Shown piece by piece: positions 37,771-48,118 of a stretch of DNA of 64,000 nt; position 1 is the stretch's first letter; each line of letters begins with the position of its first letter. The notes beneath the pieces are model-generated. The model did no database searches, was not told the DNA's origin, and saw nothing but the letters and a program-made list of their open reading frames with translations. This DNA comes from Candidatus Uhrbacteria bacterium (GTDB lineage: Bacteria; Patescibacteriota; Patescibacteriia; UBA9934; GWF2-40-263), in NCBI GenBank assembly GCA_016188495.1, contig JACPHU010000006.1, positions 1,857 to 65,856 of the forward strand, given 5' to 3'. The position numbers and the translations under genes were made by a program.

Positions 37771-40044
37771 TTATCTTCTCGCCGTTGCTCCGCTTGTCAC
37801 GTCTTCCAAGTGAATAGACAGAAGGTTTGAGATCCCTTCTTCACCCATGGTCACTCCGTACAGAACATCGGCTTGTTCCATAGTCGCACGGTTGTGAGTA
37901 ATGATGATGAACTGGGAGTTCTTGGAGAGTTCTTGAAGGATCGAGGCAAAACGGATGGTGTTGGATTCGTCCAGTGCCGCGTCTACTTCATCCAAGAGTA
38001 CAAATGGAGAGGGATTTACGGCCATGATCGCGCTGATGAGGGCGATAGAGGTCAACGCACGTTCTCCTCCAGAGAGAAGATTGAGTGCTTTGAGTTTTTT
38101 GCCGGGAGGCGTGGCTTGAATTTCTACACCGATGATTGGATCTTGATGTTTTTCAAGTTTTTCTTCTATGAGTTCCTCTTTTCCTCGAGCTTCCTCACCC
38201 GTGTCTGAGAACGCACGCTCTGCGGAAACTTCCGTTTCTGGTTCAGGGAGAAGTTCTTCGCGCGTAAGTTTTACCAAAGCGCAAGATCCTCCTCCGAAAA
38301 GCATTTTGAAATACCGTTCGAATTCTTTGTTGATTTTTTGAAAGATCGTCTTAGATTGCTTATCGATTTGTTCGTCTAATTCTTCGATTACCTGTTCGGT
38401 CGCTTTGATTCCTTTTTTTAAATCGTCGATCTGTCCATCTAAGAATTCGTAGCGTTCACGGGTCTCTTCATATTCTTTCATGATTTCCGGATCGATTCCC
38501 CCGATGATTTCAAGTTTATAACGCAGTCGTTGGATTTCGCTGTAGACATCGGCGGGTTGGGGCGAAGCCTGTTCCTGGGTTGGACGGTTGGATCGAATCA
38601 CGACCGCGCGTTCTTTCAGAAATTCATTCATTTCTCGGATGAGTCCTTGCTGGCGTTCCTCAAATCGCGCTAGGTTGATCTGCATGTCATTACGGCGATT
38701 TTCAAATAAATGGATTTGTCGTTGTTTTTCGCGCAACGCCCGTTGGGTTTCAATGAATTCCGTGCGTTCGGTTTTTTCCTGCTTGGCGTAAGCGTCTATC
38801 TGTGTTTCCAAGACTTTTTGTTCCTGTTCAGCGACTCGTTCTTGTTCTTTGAGATCTTTCAATTTTTGTACAAGGATAGGATCCGGTTTGATGTCTTCTG
38901 GATTGGGACGTTGAAGATTTTTAGAAAGCTTACCGGAGCGTTCCAAGAGGGCGTCGATTTTTTCAAGAATTTCAGAGAGTTCTTTTTTGTCTTTAAGTTG
39001 GCGTAATTCTTCTACGAGCCAATCGACTTCTTGCACGATTTTTAACAGCGGCAATGGAGCCCAATTGGATTGCGCCCGCACACGTGCGAGTTCGATGTTT
39101 TTTTCGGTTTGGAATTGTTCATTGCGGAGGTTGCTGTGCTTTTGCTGCGCTGCGCGATAGGCTTGCTGCAGCTTGATCAACCCCTCGTCTGGCGCCTGAT
39201 CGACCTGTTCGAGCTTATCGACGGCAGCTTCCAGCTCCGTGAGTGCTTTTCTTTCCAGTTTGATCGCATCGTTGCTTTGTTCAAACTGATGTTTTGCCTG
39301 TTCTAATTGATCGATTAATGTCCACCATTGGTCTCCATAATAGAGAGTTTCCAGTGTATGAAGTTGTGTTTGTACTTCTTCCCGCTGCTCAAGCCGGCTT
39401 ACTTGTCTTTTGAGCGAACGCAATCGCGGTTCGATTTCGCGCAATAACATCTCGACGTCGATTAAGTTTTCATGCGTGCGTTTGAGTTTTAAAATCGCTT
39501 CATGCCGTTTGATCTGAAAGGGCTTAACGCCTGTGGCATCATCAAAAAAAGCTTTGCGTTCCTCAGGGGTGGAGACCAAAATGTGATCAATCATGCCTTG
39601 ACCTACGACCGAATACGAACGTTGACCGACATTGGCTTGAGCTAAAAGCAAATGGATATCCTGTAGACGCGCGTGCGTTTCGTTGAGAAGATATTCAGAC
39701 GTTCCATCTCGAAACAAGCGGCGAGTAATCGTGACATGGGGATATTCAATCGGCATGGACGAGTCTTCGTTATTGAGACAGATGCTGACTTCTGCAAAAC
39801 CGGCTCGTCCTTTTCCTTCAGAACCCGAAAAGATGACATCTTCAGAATTTTTTCCACGCAGCAATTTGAGACTCTGTTCCCCCAAAACCCACCGGATGGC
39901 ATCAGCAAGATTGGATTTTCCCGACCCGTTGGGTCCCACAATCGCGGTAATGGGTGTTCGATCCTCGGTGGGTGGCAGGAAAGAAAGAGCTGTTTTTTTT
40001 GCAAAGGTTTTAAACCCCTGGAGTTCGATTTTCGTCAGATGCAT
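37771..40044 (-). CDS. smc: SMC-family ATPase, shortened (no obvious hinge domain)
   Basis: GFKTF, Walker A GPNGSGKSN, signature LSGGE, Walker B LLDEVDAALD, ITHN; only 757 aa. Confidence 0.88.
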   Translation of the reverse strand: MHLTKIELQGFKTFAKKTALSFLPPTEDRTPITAIVGPNGSGKSNLADAIRWVLGEQSLKLLRGKNSEDVIFSGSEGKGRAGFAEVSICLNNEDSSMPIEYPHVTITRRLFRDGTSEYLLNETHARLQDIHLLLAQANVGQRSYSVVGQGMIDHILVSTPEERKAFFDDATGVKPFQIKRHEAILKLKRTHENLIDVEMLLREIEPRLRSLKRQVSRLEQREEVQTQLHTLETLYYGDQWWTLIDQLEQAKHQFEQSNDAIKLERKALTELEAAVDKLEQVDQAPDEGLIKLQQAYRAAQQKHSNLRNEQFQTEKNIELARVRAQSNWAPLPLLKIVQEVDWLVEELRQLKDKKELSEILEKIDALLERSGKLSKNLQRPNPEDIKPDPILVQKLKDLKEQERVAEQEQKVLETQIDAYAKQEKTERTEFIETQRALREKQRQIHLFENRRNDMQINLARFEERQQGLIREMNEFLKERAVVIRSNRPTQEQASPQPADVYSEIQRLRYKLEIIGGIDPEIMKEYEETRERYEFLDGQIDDLKKGIKATEQVIEELDEQIDKQSKTIFQKINKEFERYFKMLFGGGSCALVKLTREELLPEPETEVSAERAFSDTGEEARGKEELIEEKLEKHQDPIIGVEIQATPPGKKLKALNLLSGGERALTSIALISAIMAVNPSPFVLLDEVDAALDESNTIRFASILQELSKNSQFIIITHNRATMEQADVLYGVTMGEEGISNLLSIHLEDVTSGATARR

Positions 40045-40112
40045 ACGCGTTGATTATAGCATGGGCGTTGACCATTTTTTGAGGCTAGGGTAGCTTACGA
40101 TGTTTTCTTCTT

Positions 40113-41078
40113 ATGGAATCGTATCTTCACCATCAAATCCACAACCATCTGTTAAACGCACGGCATCCCGTGTTTATTTCCGATGAACGGATCGACGGAG
40201 ACAGTTTAGGATCCGCACTGGCTTTGGCCGATTATTTGGCTCAACAAGGCAAAATCGTTCCTGTGTATGTTGCCTCACCCATCCCAGAGCAATACCAGCG
40301 TCTTCCGCGTATCCATCAGTGCACGACAGATTTGTCGATTTTCGAACATCCGAATATTGATGTGGTCGTCGTCTTCGATTGTTCTGATGCGTCTTTTATT
40401 CAAAAGATTTTGGAACGGGTTTCCTCCGATCCGATCGTTATCAACATTGATCATCATAAGACCAATAGCCGCTACGGACAGGTGAACCAGGTCATTGTGG
40501 ATGCTCCGGCGACAGCTGCGGTGATCCATCAGTTTTTTGAAACCAATCATATTCTTCCGTCTCGGGACGCTGCGACGTGTTTACTGACAGGATTATGTTT
40601 TGATACAACGGCCTTTTCTAATTCTGCCACAAATGAACGCGCTTTGGATGCCGCTTCTAAGCTTTTGTTACAAGGAGCGCGTATTCAAGACGTAATCCAA
40701 GCCATGTTTCATAATCGTTCGATTTCCGCTTTGCGCGTCTGGGGTTTGGCATTGGAACGATTAGAAGAGGATTCTAAGCAAGGGATGATTACCACCTATT
40801 TAACGCGTAAAGATATTGAGCAGAATCATGTAAGCGATGATGAAATAGATGGGCTTTCTAATTTCTTAAATCTTGTGACAGACATGGATACTCTTCAGGT
40901 CTTGCGTGAAACACCCGAGGGTCACGTGAAAGTTTCTTTGCGCTCCCTTACGAAGGATGTTTCTAAGATCGCTCAGGCTTATGGGGGAGGCGGACATATG
41001 CGCGCGGCCGGTTATGTTATTTCCAACGCCCGTTTAGTCTGCGATGCTCATCAGTGTTGGAGGGTGGAACATCAATAA
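40113..41078 (+). CDS. DHH/DHHA1 phosphoesterase (NrnA-like)
   Basis: DGDSLGS, IDHH, DT, GGGGH. Confidence 0.9.
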   Translation: MESYLHHQIHNHLLNARHPVFISDERIDGDSLGSALALADYLAQQGKIVPVYVASPIPEQYQRLPRIHQCTTDLSIFEHPNIDVVVVFDCSDASFIQKILERVSSDPIVINIDHHKTNSRYGQVNQVIVDAPATAAVIHQFFETNHILPSRDAATCLLTGLCFDTTAFSNSATNERALDAASKLLLQGARIQDVIQAMFHNRSISALRVWGLALERLEEDSKQGMITTYLTRKDIEQNHVSDDEIDGLSNFLNLVTDMDTLQVLRETPEGHVKVSLRSLTKDVSKIAQAYGGGGHMRAAGYVISNARLVCDAHQCWRVEHQ

Positions 41079-41101
41079 AAAACCGTGTAGACTTGGATCG
41101 T

Positions 41102-41722
41102 ATGAATAACCTTGATATTCGTTCTCAATTTGAGGACCCCACCGATTCTATTCTTATTCCAACCGTGATCGAAAAGACCCATGCAGGAGAAAGAGCGTAT
41201 GATATTTATTCCCGTCTGCTTAAAGATCGCATTATTTTTCTTGGAACAGAGATTGACGACACGGTCGCCAATCTGATTATCGCTCAAATGCTTTTTTTGG
41301 AGAGCCAAGATAAGACAAAAGATATTAAGTTGTATATTAATTCTCCTGGTGGGTCCGTCACGTCCGGTTTGGCCATTTACGATGCGATGCAATACGTAAA
41401 GCCCGACGTCTCAACCATTTGTGTGGGTATGGCCGCCTCTATGGGAGCTGTCTTATTGGCCGCAGGAGCCAAAGGGAAGCGTTTTGTTCTCCCAAATTCA
41501 GAAGTGATGATTCATCAAGTCTTGGGAGGAGTTCAGGGCCAAGCCACGGATATTAAGATTCACGCTGAGCGTATTCTTAAGATGAAGGATCAACTTAATA
41601 GTATTTTGGCTAAACATACAGGAAAGAAAAAAGCCATTGTTGAACAAGATACAGAGCGCGATTATTTCTTAGACGCTGCCGAGGCTGTGAAGTACGGACT
41701 CGTTGATAAGTTGATTAAGTAA
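41102..41722 (+). CDS. clpP: ATP-dependent Clp protease proteolytic subunit
   Basis: [34 protein letters not shown]. Confidence 0.97.
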   Translation: MNNLDIRSQFEDPTDSILIPTVIEKTHAGERAYDIYSRLLKDRIIFLGTEIDDTVANLIIAQMLFLESQDKTKDIKLYINSPGGSVTSGLAIYDAMQYVKPDVSTICVGMAASMGAVLLAAGAKGKRFVLPNSEVMIHQVLGGVQGQATDIKIHAERILKMKDQLNSILAKHTGKKKAIVEQDTERDYFLDAAEAVKYGLVDKLIK

Positions 41723-41887
41723 TTAAACGATAGATCACAAACCGTTTAAGAAAGGGTATATCGCGTGGATAAAAGGGGGACATGTAGCGTCAAAATAAAA
41801 AATGGGCTTTTTAGCCCATTTTTTTTGATATAAATTGAAACTTGTCACGCTATTTTGAATGCGGTATGATGACTCATGTCCAGATAC

Positions 41888-41916
41888 TTGACATTTTTTT
41901 CAGATCTGTGTAGTCT
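41888..41916 (+). promoter_or_regulatory. Sigma70 promoter with no downstream ORF
   Basis: TTGACA-17bp-TAGTCT. Confidence 0.6.
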
Positions 41917-41921
41917 TAACC

Positions 41922-42107
41922 GTTACCTGAGTTTTCTTTTCGCTCTCGGGTAAATATTGTATAGAGTGATCTGCGGGCACGACAAGCATGGGATTTCAAT
42001 GTGTGGATACATCAGGCTTTGCGCTCGATCTATCCTTACATGAAATTTCTTGCCTGCAGATCACTCTGTGGAATGAACAATGATTCGCCTTGTGCGGATC
42101 ATTTTTT
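41922..42107 (+). ncRNA. Candidate small RNA (rod-like, possibly 6S-like)
   Basis: Promoter, long helix AGAGTGATCTGC (41963-41974) / GCAGATCACTCT (42056-42067), terminator 42079-42107. Confidence 0.5.
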
Positions 42108-42206
42108 ATTTCTCAACATTCATCCAGTGAACATATCGATTTTACGACTGACGTGAGGCGAGTGCAAGCAAATTACTGTGGATAGATACAATCCATTCTC
42201 TCTTCT

Positions 42207-44111
42207 TTAAGATTCTTCTGGTTTTTTTTCCGTATCCGTTGGAACAGATGTTTCACTATTCTCTCCTGTTTCTTCTTCTACAACGGGTTCTACTCCAACC
42301 AGACAAATTTCTGGAAGAGGTCGATAGTGGGATTCAAATAGTGTCTCTTCTTTTTCTCCGTCGGGTCCAATGACGGTGTAGACAAACGATGTATCTGCTC
42401 CTATATGAGCGCTCTGACACTTTTGTTTTCCTGGTTCAAGATCTGTCGTTTCGATTCGTTTTGTTTCTCCTACCGGTATCCATCGTGAAACCACGGGAGG
42501 GGTGTAGGAACCCACACGTCCATCGGATGTTCCCCAGAGAGTGAATTCTAATTCTTGAGTATCGGTAAGGTTTTTTGCTTGAAAAAGAATATAGTGCCCT
42601 GTGTCGTTGGTAAATTTAAAATCTGGAGAAGGTTCGTAGATGGTTGCATCTGTTCCAGGATTTCCATTGCCGGGGTCATTGTAATAGGAGACAACTAAAG
42701 AATGGTTCCTGCGCTCTACCACAGGAAGTCCAGAGTTCATGACGGAGCGAAAGGTGGTGGTTCCAATTTGGCACAGACCGCCTCCCATTTCTGGTTCGAT
42801 TTTTTCTCCTTTAATGACCAGTTCTGGTAAGTAACCATTGGCTGAGGTAAACGGGGCGAGAGCCTTGATCAAGGAAAAAGTTTCTCCAGGAGCAATTAAA
42901 AGACCGTCAAGCAGACTGACTCCATTCTGGATATTTCCGCGTCGATTCACGGGGCTTCCTCGATAGCTTGAAGTTCCTGTTCCCAATATTTGTGTAATAC
43001 CCAGATTATTCACGTCTTGAGTTTTTACTTCTGGTTCTTCTATTTGAAGCGCGAGTTCTATGGGTTGTGAAGAGGCTGATTGAACCGCTTGCGTCAGGAG
43101 TTCTTTCATTATTGTTACATCCACTCTTTTCCCTTCTTTGCTTTCAACAAAATCAACAACACGTCCGTTTTCAATGTTCAGACGAGCGTTTTGTGCTGGA
43201 TGATCGGTTTGATCTGCGATTGGCTGGATCCAGGCCTCAAGCTGTTCTTCCGAAAGTTGAATCTGTTGTGCTCCTGGTTCAAGCATTTGCGAGAGTGTTT
43301 CGGCAGTGAGTTCCCATGTGGTTTCTTCTTGTGGCAAAACAACGGTATAAGGTGCGGTATTGAGTGCAGCAAGCGCTTCTGTTTTTTGACCGGAAGCTTT
43401 TCCTTTGGAAACCGTTGGCAACTGATTTTCCAAAGAGAGTTCGATCGTAGACGTGTCTAATAGAGAAAGATGTTGAGAGAGGGTTTCAAAAAACGCATTC
43501 CATTTAAAAACCCCTCCCGTTGTTCCTGCTTGAACCGTGACTTCCCATTGGTTATTTGGGCGGGTAAATAAAAATCCCGCGTTTTTCGCAAGGTGTTCAG
43601 CGTCAGGATAAAGAGAAGAAATATTTGTTTTGAGCCGGTCTTCTTGGAGAGAAAGAGGGATGGCTATCTCTGTTTTTTGAGTGAGCTGAATAAACATGTT
43701 CCAAGCATCTGCCAGGACGTTTCGTGCATGGGGACGCATGGCTGTTGAGAGTGCGGTATCTAAATCAAATATGACGTCTTCTCTGGCATCTGAAGAAGCA
43801 AGTGTTGCCAGATCAAGTGTTTTTTTATGATCCCGGAACGTCACTTGGATTCCTTGTGTCAATACCGTATCTATTTTTTCTTGAAGTTTTTGACGTACGT
43901 CTTCAGGATCCATACCACTGACATGCATTTGAGCAATGGATGTATTTGGAGGAATGCGCCCCTCAAATGATTGAGCCCACAGGTACAGACCCGTGGTAAA
44001 AAAAAGGATTCCGGATAAGACCGAAACCAACATGACTTTGGTGATAATCCAAAAAGTTCCCGAAAATGTATTCGAGGCGGCGTGTTTATCTTCAGGACGA
44101 TGTTCGTGCAT
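42207..44111 (-). CDS. VanW-domain protein with N-terminal TM anchor and peptidoglycan-binding-like region
   Basis: NRRGNI, GETFS, GGGLCQIGTT, ERRNHS, GTDATIY, DFKFTN. Confidence 0.88.
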   Translation of the reverse strand: MHEHRPEDKHAASNTFSGTFWIITKVMLVSVLSGILFFTTGLYLWAQSFEGRIPPNTSIAQMHVSGMDPEDVRQKLQEKIDTVLTQGIQVTFRDHKKTLDLATLASSDAREDVIFDLDTALSTAMRPHARNVLADAWNMFIQLTQKTEIAIPLSLQEDRLKTNISSLYPDAEHLAKNAGFLFTRPNNQWEVTVQAGTTGGVFKWNAFFETLSQHLSLLDTSTIELSLENQLPTVSKGKASGQKTEALAALNTAPYTVVLPQEETTWELTAETLSQMLEPGAQQIQLSEEQLEAWIQPIADQTDHPAQNARLNIENGRVVDFVESKEGKRVDVTIMKELLTQAVQSASSQPIELALQIEEPEVKTQDVNNLGITQILGTGTSSYRGSPVNRRGNIQNGVSLLDGLLIAPGETFSLIKALAPFTSANGYLPELVIKGEKIEPEMGGGLCQIGTTTFRSVMNSGLPVVERRNHSLVVSYYNDPGNGNPGTDATIYEPSPDFKFTNDTGHYILFQAKNLTDTQELEFTLWGTSDGRVGSYTPPVVSRWIPVGETKRIETTDLEPGKQKCQSAHIGADTSFVYTVIGPDGEKEETLFESHYRPLPEICLVGVEPVVEEETGENSETSVPTDTEKKPEES

Positions 44112-44133
44112 ATACTGAGGACGGAAGGGGATA

Positions 44134-44529
44134 TTAAAGATCTTCTATTTCTAAGACAGAAATTTTTTTGTCTTTTTCTTTCTTTTTCATTTTGATTGTC
44201 AGGATTCCTTGTTTGAGCGTTGCTTGCACGTTATCCGCATCTACTTGACTAGGAAGAATAATCGTACGGGAGAAAGATCCCCAGTGACATTCTTGCACAT
44301 GGATTTGGTCAGATGACCGTTGTTCATATTCATGACTGCGAATGCCACGAATCGTCAGTGTGTCGTCTAAAAGACTAATATCCAGATTTTGGGTTTTTAC
44401 GCCGGCAATGGCTGAGCGGACGATCAGTTCCTCTCGTGTTTCAATCACATCAACCGAAAGCTTGCCTTCTTGTGTAGAAAGCCAATCGCTCAAACCTAAA
44501 GAAAGATCCTTCTGAGACATAGATGGCAT
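44134..44529 (-). CDS. Hsp20/alpha-crystallin small heat-shock protein
   Basis: VDVIET, ECHWGSFSRTIILP, ATLKQGILTI. Confidence 0.92.
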   Translation of the reverse strand: MPSMSQKDLSLGLSDWLSTQEGKLSVDVIETREELIVRSAIAGVKTQNLDISLLDDTLTIRGIRSHEYEQRSSDQIHVQECHWGSFSRTIILPSQVDADNVQATLKQGILTIKMKKKEKDKKISVLEIEDL

Positions 44530-45320
44530 TATTGTACCTTATCAAGTTTAGATTCTACTAATGTTTCCATTGTCGCGGAGATACTCCAGAGCAATTCGAA
44601 GAGTTGTTGATAGGTTTCTCGTAAGGTTCGGCTTTCTACCGCCCAATGGATCCCTTCTCCTGTGGTGGTGAAAAAAGCGACGGTATCATCCCAAAAAGAG
44701 ATGCTTGTACGAAAGGTTAATTCAGGAGGAAGGAATCGTGCCTCACGAAGTTCTCGTCCATGAACCGCCCGATTATACTTTTTTATTTCATGTTCGCGTA
44801 TGCGTAAACTTTTGAGTTTTACACCAGCTTTCACCCTTCGACGGGAATAATGATATTTTTCCCCGATGATTTCTTGAAAATCTTTTGCGGAAACGATTTC
44901 ATAAACGATCTTATTTTTGCACGCAAGACTCATGTTGAAGAGTTCTGTTACTCGTTCTCGCTGAAAGACACGAAGCTTGGGTGTCAGAGGCGAATCGGTT
45001 TTAAGTTTTTCCAGCAATGGAAGGATTCCAGCTACTCCGTTGGCTTGCTCTTTTAAGATCATGCGAAACACATCAGGATCACTCGCTTCAAAAAGACTGC
45101 GAGTTTTTTGTTTTGTGACCTCAACGACTCCTCGTTCAACCAATCGATTCATGGACGATTGGACCGTGCTTACAGGTAACCGAAGTCTTCTTGAGAGTGG
45201 GGTCAGGCTTGTTTTGCCTTGTGCCAAGAGTCCCAAATAGACCTCCTGGTCCTTTGGATTAAAGCCAAAAGAGGTAAGAACCTCGGTGATTTCTTTTTGT
45301 TCTGTGAAGCTAAGATTCAT
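44529..45320 (-). CDS. TrmB-family transcriptional regulator
   Basis: FGFNPKDQEVYLGLL...STVQ...LVERGVV winged HTH. Confidence 0.85.
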   Translation of the reverse strand: MNLSFTEQKEITEVLTSFGFNPKDQEVYLGLLAQGKTSLTPLSRRLRLPVSTVQSSMNRLVERGVVEVTKQKTRSLFEASDPDVFRMILKEQANGVAGILPLLEKLKTDSPLTPKLRVFQRERVTELFNMSLACKNKIVYEIVSAKDFQEIIGEKYHYSRRRVKAGVKLKSLRIREHEIKKYNRAVHGRELREARFLPPELTFRTSISFWDDTVAFFTTTGEGIHWAVESRTLRETYQQLFELLWSISATMETLVESKLDKVQ

Positions 45321-45323
45321 ATC

Positions 45324-45339
45324 TACGAGATTTTTCGTA
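45324..45339. promoter_or_regulatory. Putative operator upstream of second TrmB-like gene
   Basis: TACGA-N6-TCGTA. Confidence 0.45.
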
Positions 45340-45507
45340 AATAAATTTAACGATCATTTTGCTAAATGATAACACTTTTTAATTTTCTGTCTACTTTATC
45401 ACGAATATTTATAGAGAAAAAAACAAGATATCGGCATGATGGTCTTGCAAGTGAGGAGATTGCAACAAACAGATTTCAAACGTTCATTCAAAAATAAGGA
45501 GACCATC

Positions 45508-45753
45508 ATGAAAGTGATTACTGAAGGTCGGGCACAGAAGGGTTGGGCTAAAGAGTTTGTCTGTACGGGCGAGGGCAATGGCGGCGGAGGATGCGCCGCC
45601 GTGCTCTTGGTCGAATTTAATGACCTCTATATTACCCATCGGTACTGTTACAACGAACACGATACATTCACCACATTTCGGTGTGTGGCGTGTGGAGTAG
45701 AAACAGATATTAAACACTATACAGGCCCCTCTGTTACGCGGGGTCGGTCATAA
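45508..45753 (+). CDS. Small Zn-ribbon hypothetical protein
   Basis: RBS AAGGAG; C-x9-C and CVAC. Confidence 0.75.
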   Translation: MKVITEGRAQKGWAKEFVCTGEGNGGGGCAAVLLVEFNDLYITHRYCYNEHDTFTTFRCVACGVETDIKHYTGPSVTRGRS

Positions 45754-45764
45754 AGGAGAATGAT

Positions 45765-46184
45765 ATGTCGAAGGTGATCGATACGGTTGACGGAGTGTTG
45801 GTGTGCGATGGCCGTGTGCTCTTGATCGAGCGAACAAAGCCTCCGTTTGAAGACAAGTATGTCTTCCCAGGAGGTCATGTGGAAGAAGGGGAATCGTTCA
45901 CAGAGGCGGCGGTACGAGAGCTTCAGGAAGAGGTCGGGGTGGAAGTCTCCGCATCTGACCTCAATTATCTGATGAAGCTTGATGCCCCAGGTCGCGATCC
46001 TCGGCCAGGCGAACGTGTCGCTCATGTGTTCTGGATGCGAGTTTGTGCGAGCGTATTTGAAACTGCCGCAGCCGGATCTGACGCACGGGCGATTCACATT
46101 CTTTCTTTGAGCGAGATCTCTGCTGAAATGATGGGGTTTGATCACTATCTGGCTATTGAACGATTGCGGGAGGTGCTACTGTGA
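45765..46184 (+). CDS. NUDIX hydrolase (ADP-ribose pyrophosphatase-like)
   Basis: PGGHVEEGESFTEAAVRELQEEVG, PGRDPR, AGSDA. Confidence 0.92.
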   Translation: MSKVIDTVDGVLVCDGRVLLIERTKPPFEDKYVFPGGHVEEGESFTEAAVRELQEEVGVEVSASDLNYLMKLDAPGRDPRPGERVAHVFWMRVCASVFETAAAGSDARAIHILSLSEISAEMMGFDHYLAIERLREVLL

Positions 46185-46420
46185 TGGTCCATAGCCGTCC
46201 TGAACTTCCTACGTGGAGTCTCACTCTGCACTGCACCAATCCGTGGTGTTGGATCCGAATGATTGTAGAACAGAAAGATGTTCGCTTTGGTTCTTACCCG
46301 GATGATAAACCTCTTAAAGGACAAGGCTTTTACTTTCACTGTCCTAACTGTAGGAAAGTGTTCGCTGTCCATGAAAGCATGCTCTTTACTCCTCATGTCG
46401 AGAAACTTCTGAGCGAATAA
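46181..46420 (+). CDS. Small Zn-ribbon hypothetical protein
   Basis: RBS GGAGG; CTNPWC and CPNC; overlaps the NUDIX stop; terminator at 46429-46456. Confidence 0.65.
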   Translation: MMVHSRPELPTWSLTLHCTNPWCWIRMIVEQKDVRFGSYPDDKPLKGQGFYFHCPNCRKVFAVHESMLFTPHVEKLLSE

Positions 46421-46457
46421 AAAACGCAAAACCCAGGAACGCATCCTGGGTTTTTTG

Positions 46458-47147
46458 TTATTTCAATTGATATCTTCTTAACCATTCGTAGAGCGGGCCG
46501 ATCGTAAATCCGACCACGGCTGCCCAGAGAATTTCTTCCAAGGGGATTCCGCCGATGACAAAAGAAGAGAGAATATCGAATTTCCAAAAAGATGCCGCCT
46601 CAAGAGGAAATAAACGTACAAAGAATAGTTGTTCAACGATAAATATCAGCGCCGCCATAAAGAATCCTGAGAGAAGGGCGTTCATCGTGAGGTCGTGACG
46701 ATCTGCAATGACATACATCCCCACAAGCAGACCGCCCACAATGACCGCTTGAATGCTGATGAGATGAAAAACAGAAATCATCAATAAAGACACGAAGATC
46801 CATAAACCCAATACGAGAATAAGGTGTCCAACCCAATGTCCAAGATGTTTGATCTCATAACGGCTTCCACGGAATTTGTGGACATGTTTTCCAATCAATA
46901 CCTGATAGATCACGGCGGAGATTCCAAAAAAAGAAAAGGTGAAGAGCAGATCCTCAATGCCGATTGCTGAGATCGTGTCTGAAATGATATTTCGAAAATC
47001 ATGGATCGCAATCAGGAGAATTCCCGGTGAAAGAATAAGTCCCACAATACTCATGATGAACTGTTCTTTGCGCGTTTCATTTGAAAACAGAAAAAACAAA
47101 AGCCACAGAACAAAAAAGATTAACGACACTAAAAGAAAAGGAGTCAT
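46458..47147 (-). CDS. Lycopene-cyclase-domain-like integral membrane protein
   Basis: Multi-TM with two repeats (IGIEDLLF, GIPLEEILW). Confidence 0.65.
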   Translation of the reverse strand: MTPFLLVSLIFFVLWLLFFLFSNETRKEQFIMSIVGLILSPGILLIAIHDFRNIISDTISAIGIEDLLFTFSFFGISAVIYQVLIGKHVHKFRGSRYEIKHLGHWVGHLILVLGLWIFVSLLMISVFHLISIQAVIVGGLLVGMYVIADRHDLTMNALLSGFFMAALIFIVEQLFFVRLFPLEAASFWKFDILSSFVIGGIPLEEILWAAVVGFTIGPLYEWLRRYQLK

Positions 47148-47286
47148 AGTGAGGGTATTGTACCTCAAAATGAAACGATTTTGGATAATCGACGATTGAC
47201 ATAGGCCTAGAATCTGGTAGAGTCTCGCGAGGGTTTTTATTCAGAACCCTCCACATTCTAACCTTCAGCTGTTTGAGGAGTTGTGT

Positions 47287-47529
47287 ATGACAGTGGGGTC
47301 CAAAAGCTCGCCAGAATGGATTAAGGAGGTGTTGGGGTGGATTGAGGAAGAGCTTATTTCTCCTTCTCCTCAGTCTCTTTCCTCTACCTCTTCTTGCCAG
47401 AGGAATGTACAGCGTATCCCTGTGGAAGAGCAGGGACGTTCTTCTGTGGAATCTGGACAGGTTTTTTCTGATGGATTCCAACAGCTTTCTGTTCAAAGGT
47501 CGAAAGTGGGTGCCATGAACACCTACTGA
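47287..47529 (+). CDS. Small Ser-rich hypothetical protein
   Basis: TTGACA at 47196, RBS GAGGAG, downstream GCCGCCAT/ATGGCGGT terminator. Confidence 0.45.
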   Translation: MTVGSKSSPEWIKEVLGWIEEELISPSPQSLSSTSSCQRNVQRIPVEEQGRSSVESGQVFSDGFQQLSVQRSKVGAMNTY

Positions 47530-47650
47530 CCTTGTTCGTTCTTGCCGCCATATCCGATTGCTTCGGAATGGCGGTTTTTTATATGAGTCCTATTTGAAAT
47601 AAAAAAACCTGCATCAGTATTGATACAGGATTTGTGTCTGGGTATCGTTT

Positions 47651-48043
47651 CTATTTTTTTACCATGCAGGAGGGTTCATCTGCTGCGCAGCTCCATCGGA
47701 ACTTCCAGCCAGGATTTTTTCTCCTTATTTCCTGAAACACGAACGCGTTATCGGTTTTGCTTTGAGTGCAGAGGAAACCATTGTCACTTTTCCATTCGTT
47801 TCCGTCCGGCAATCGAACGCGCTTGCCTTTCTCGCACCACACCTGAGAGGTCGTGGTGATAAGCGCCTGTATCCACACAGGCTTTGAGTCCTGTCCTCGC
47901 GGAACCGCTACGATGAGATCCGGAAGTTTTAGGGCGTCCTCATAGCTTCGCACGATCAACGTCTTATTTGCCGCGCAAGACGTCGCACAGATGAAGAAAG
48001 ACAGACACATGAGCTGGACCAAGCGACATTTGAGATCATTCAT
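47651..48043 (-). CDS. Hypothetical secreted protein or lipoprotein
   Basis: RBS GGAGGAG; hydrophobic signal ending in ATSC. Confidence 0.6.
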   Translation of the reverse strand: MNDLKCRLVQLMCLSFFICATSCAANKTLIVRSYEDALKLPDLIVAVPRGQDSKPVWIQALITTTSQVWCEKGKRVRLPDGNEWKSDNGFLCTQSKTDNAFVFQEIRRKNPGWKFRWSCAADEPSCMVKK

Positions 48044-48118
48044 CCGTTCACTCCTCCTATCCACAAAAGACAATCCAACGTAAGAGCTTTTAAGAAGCTA
48101 ACATAAAGGCTCAATAAA

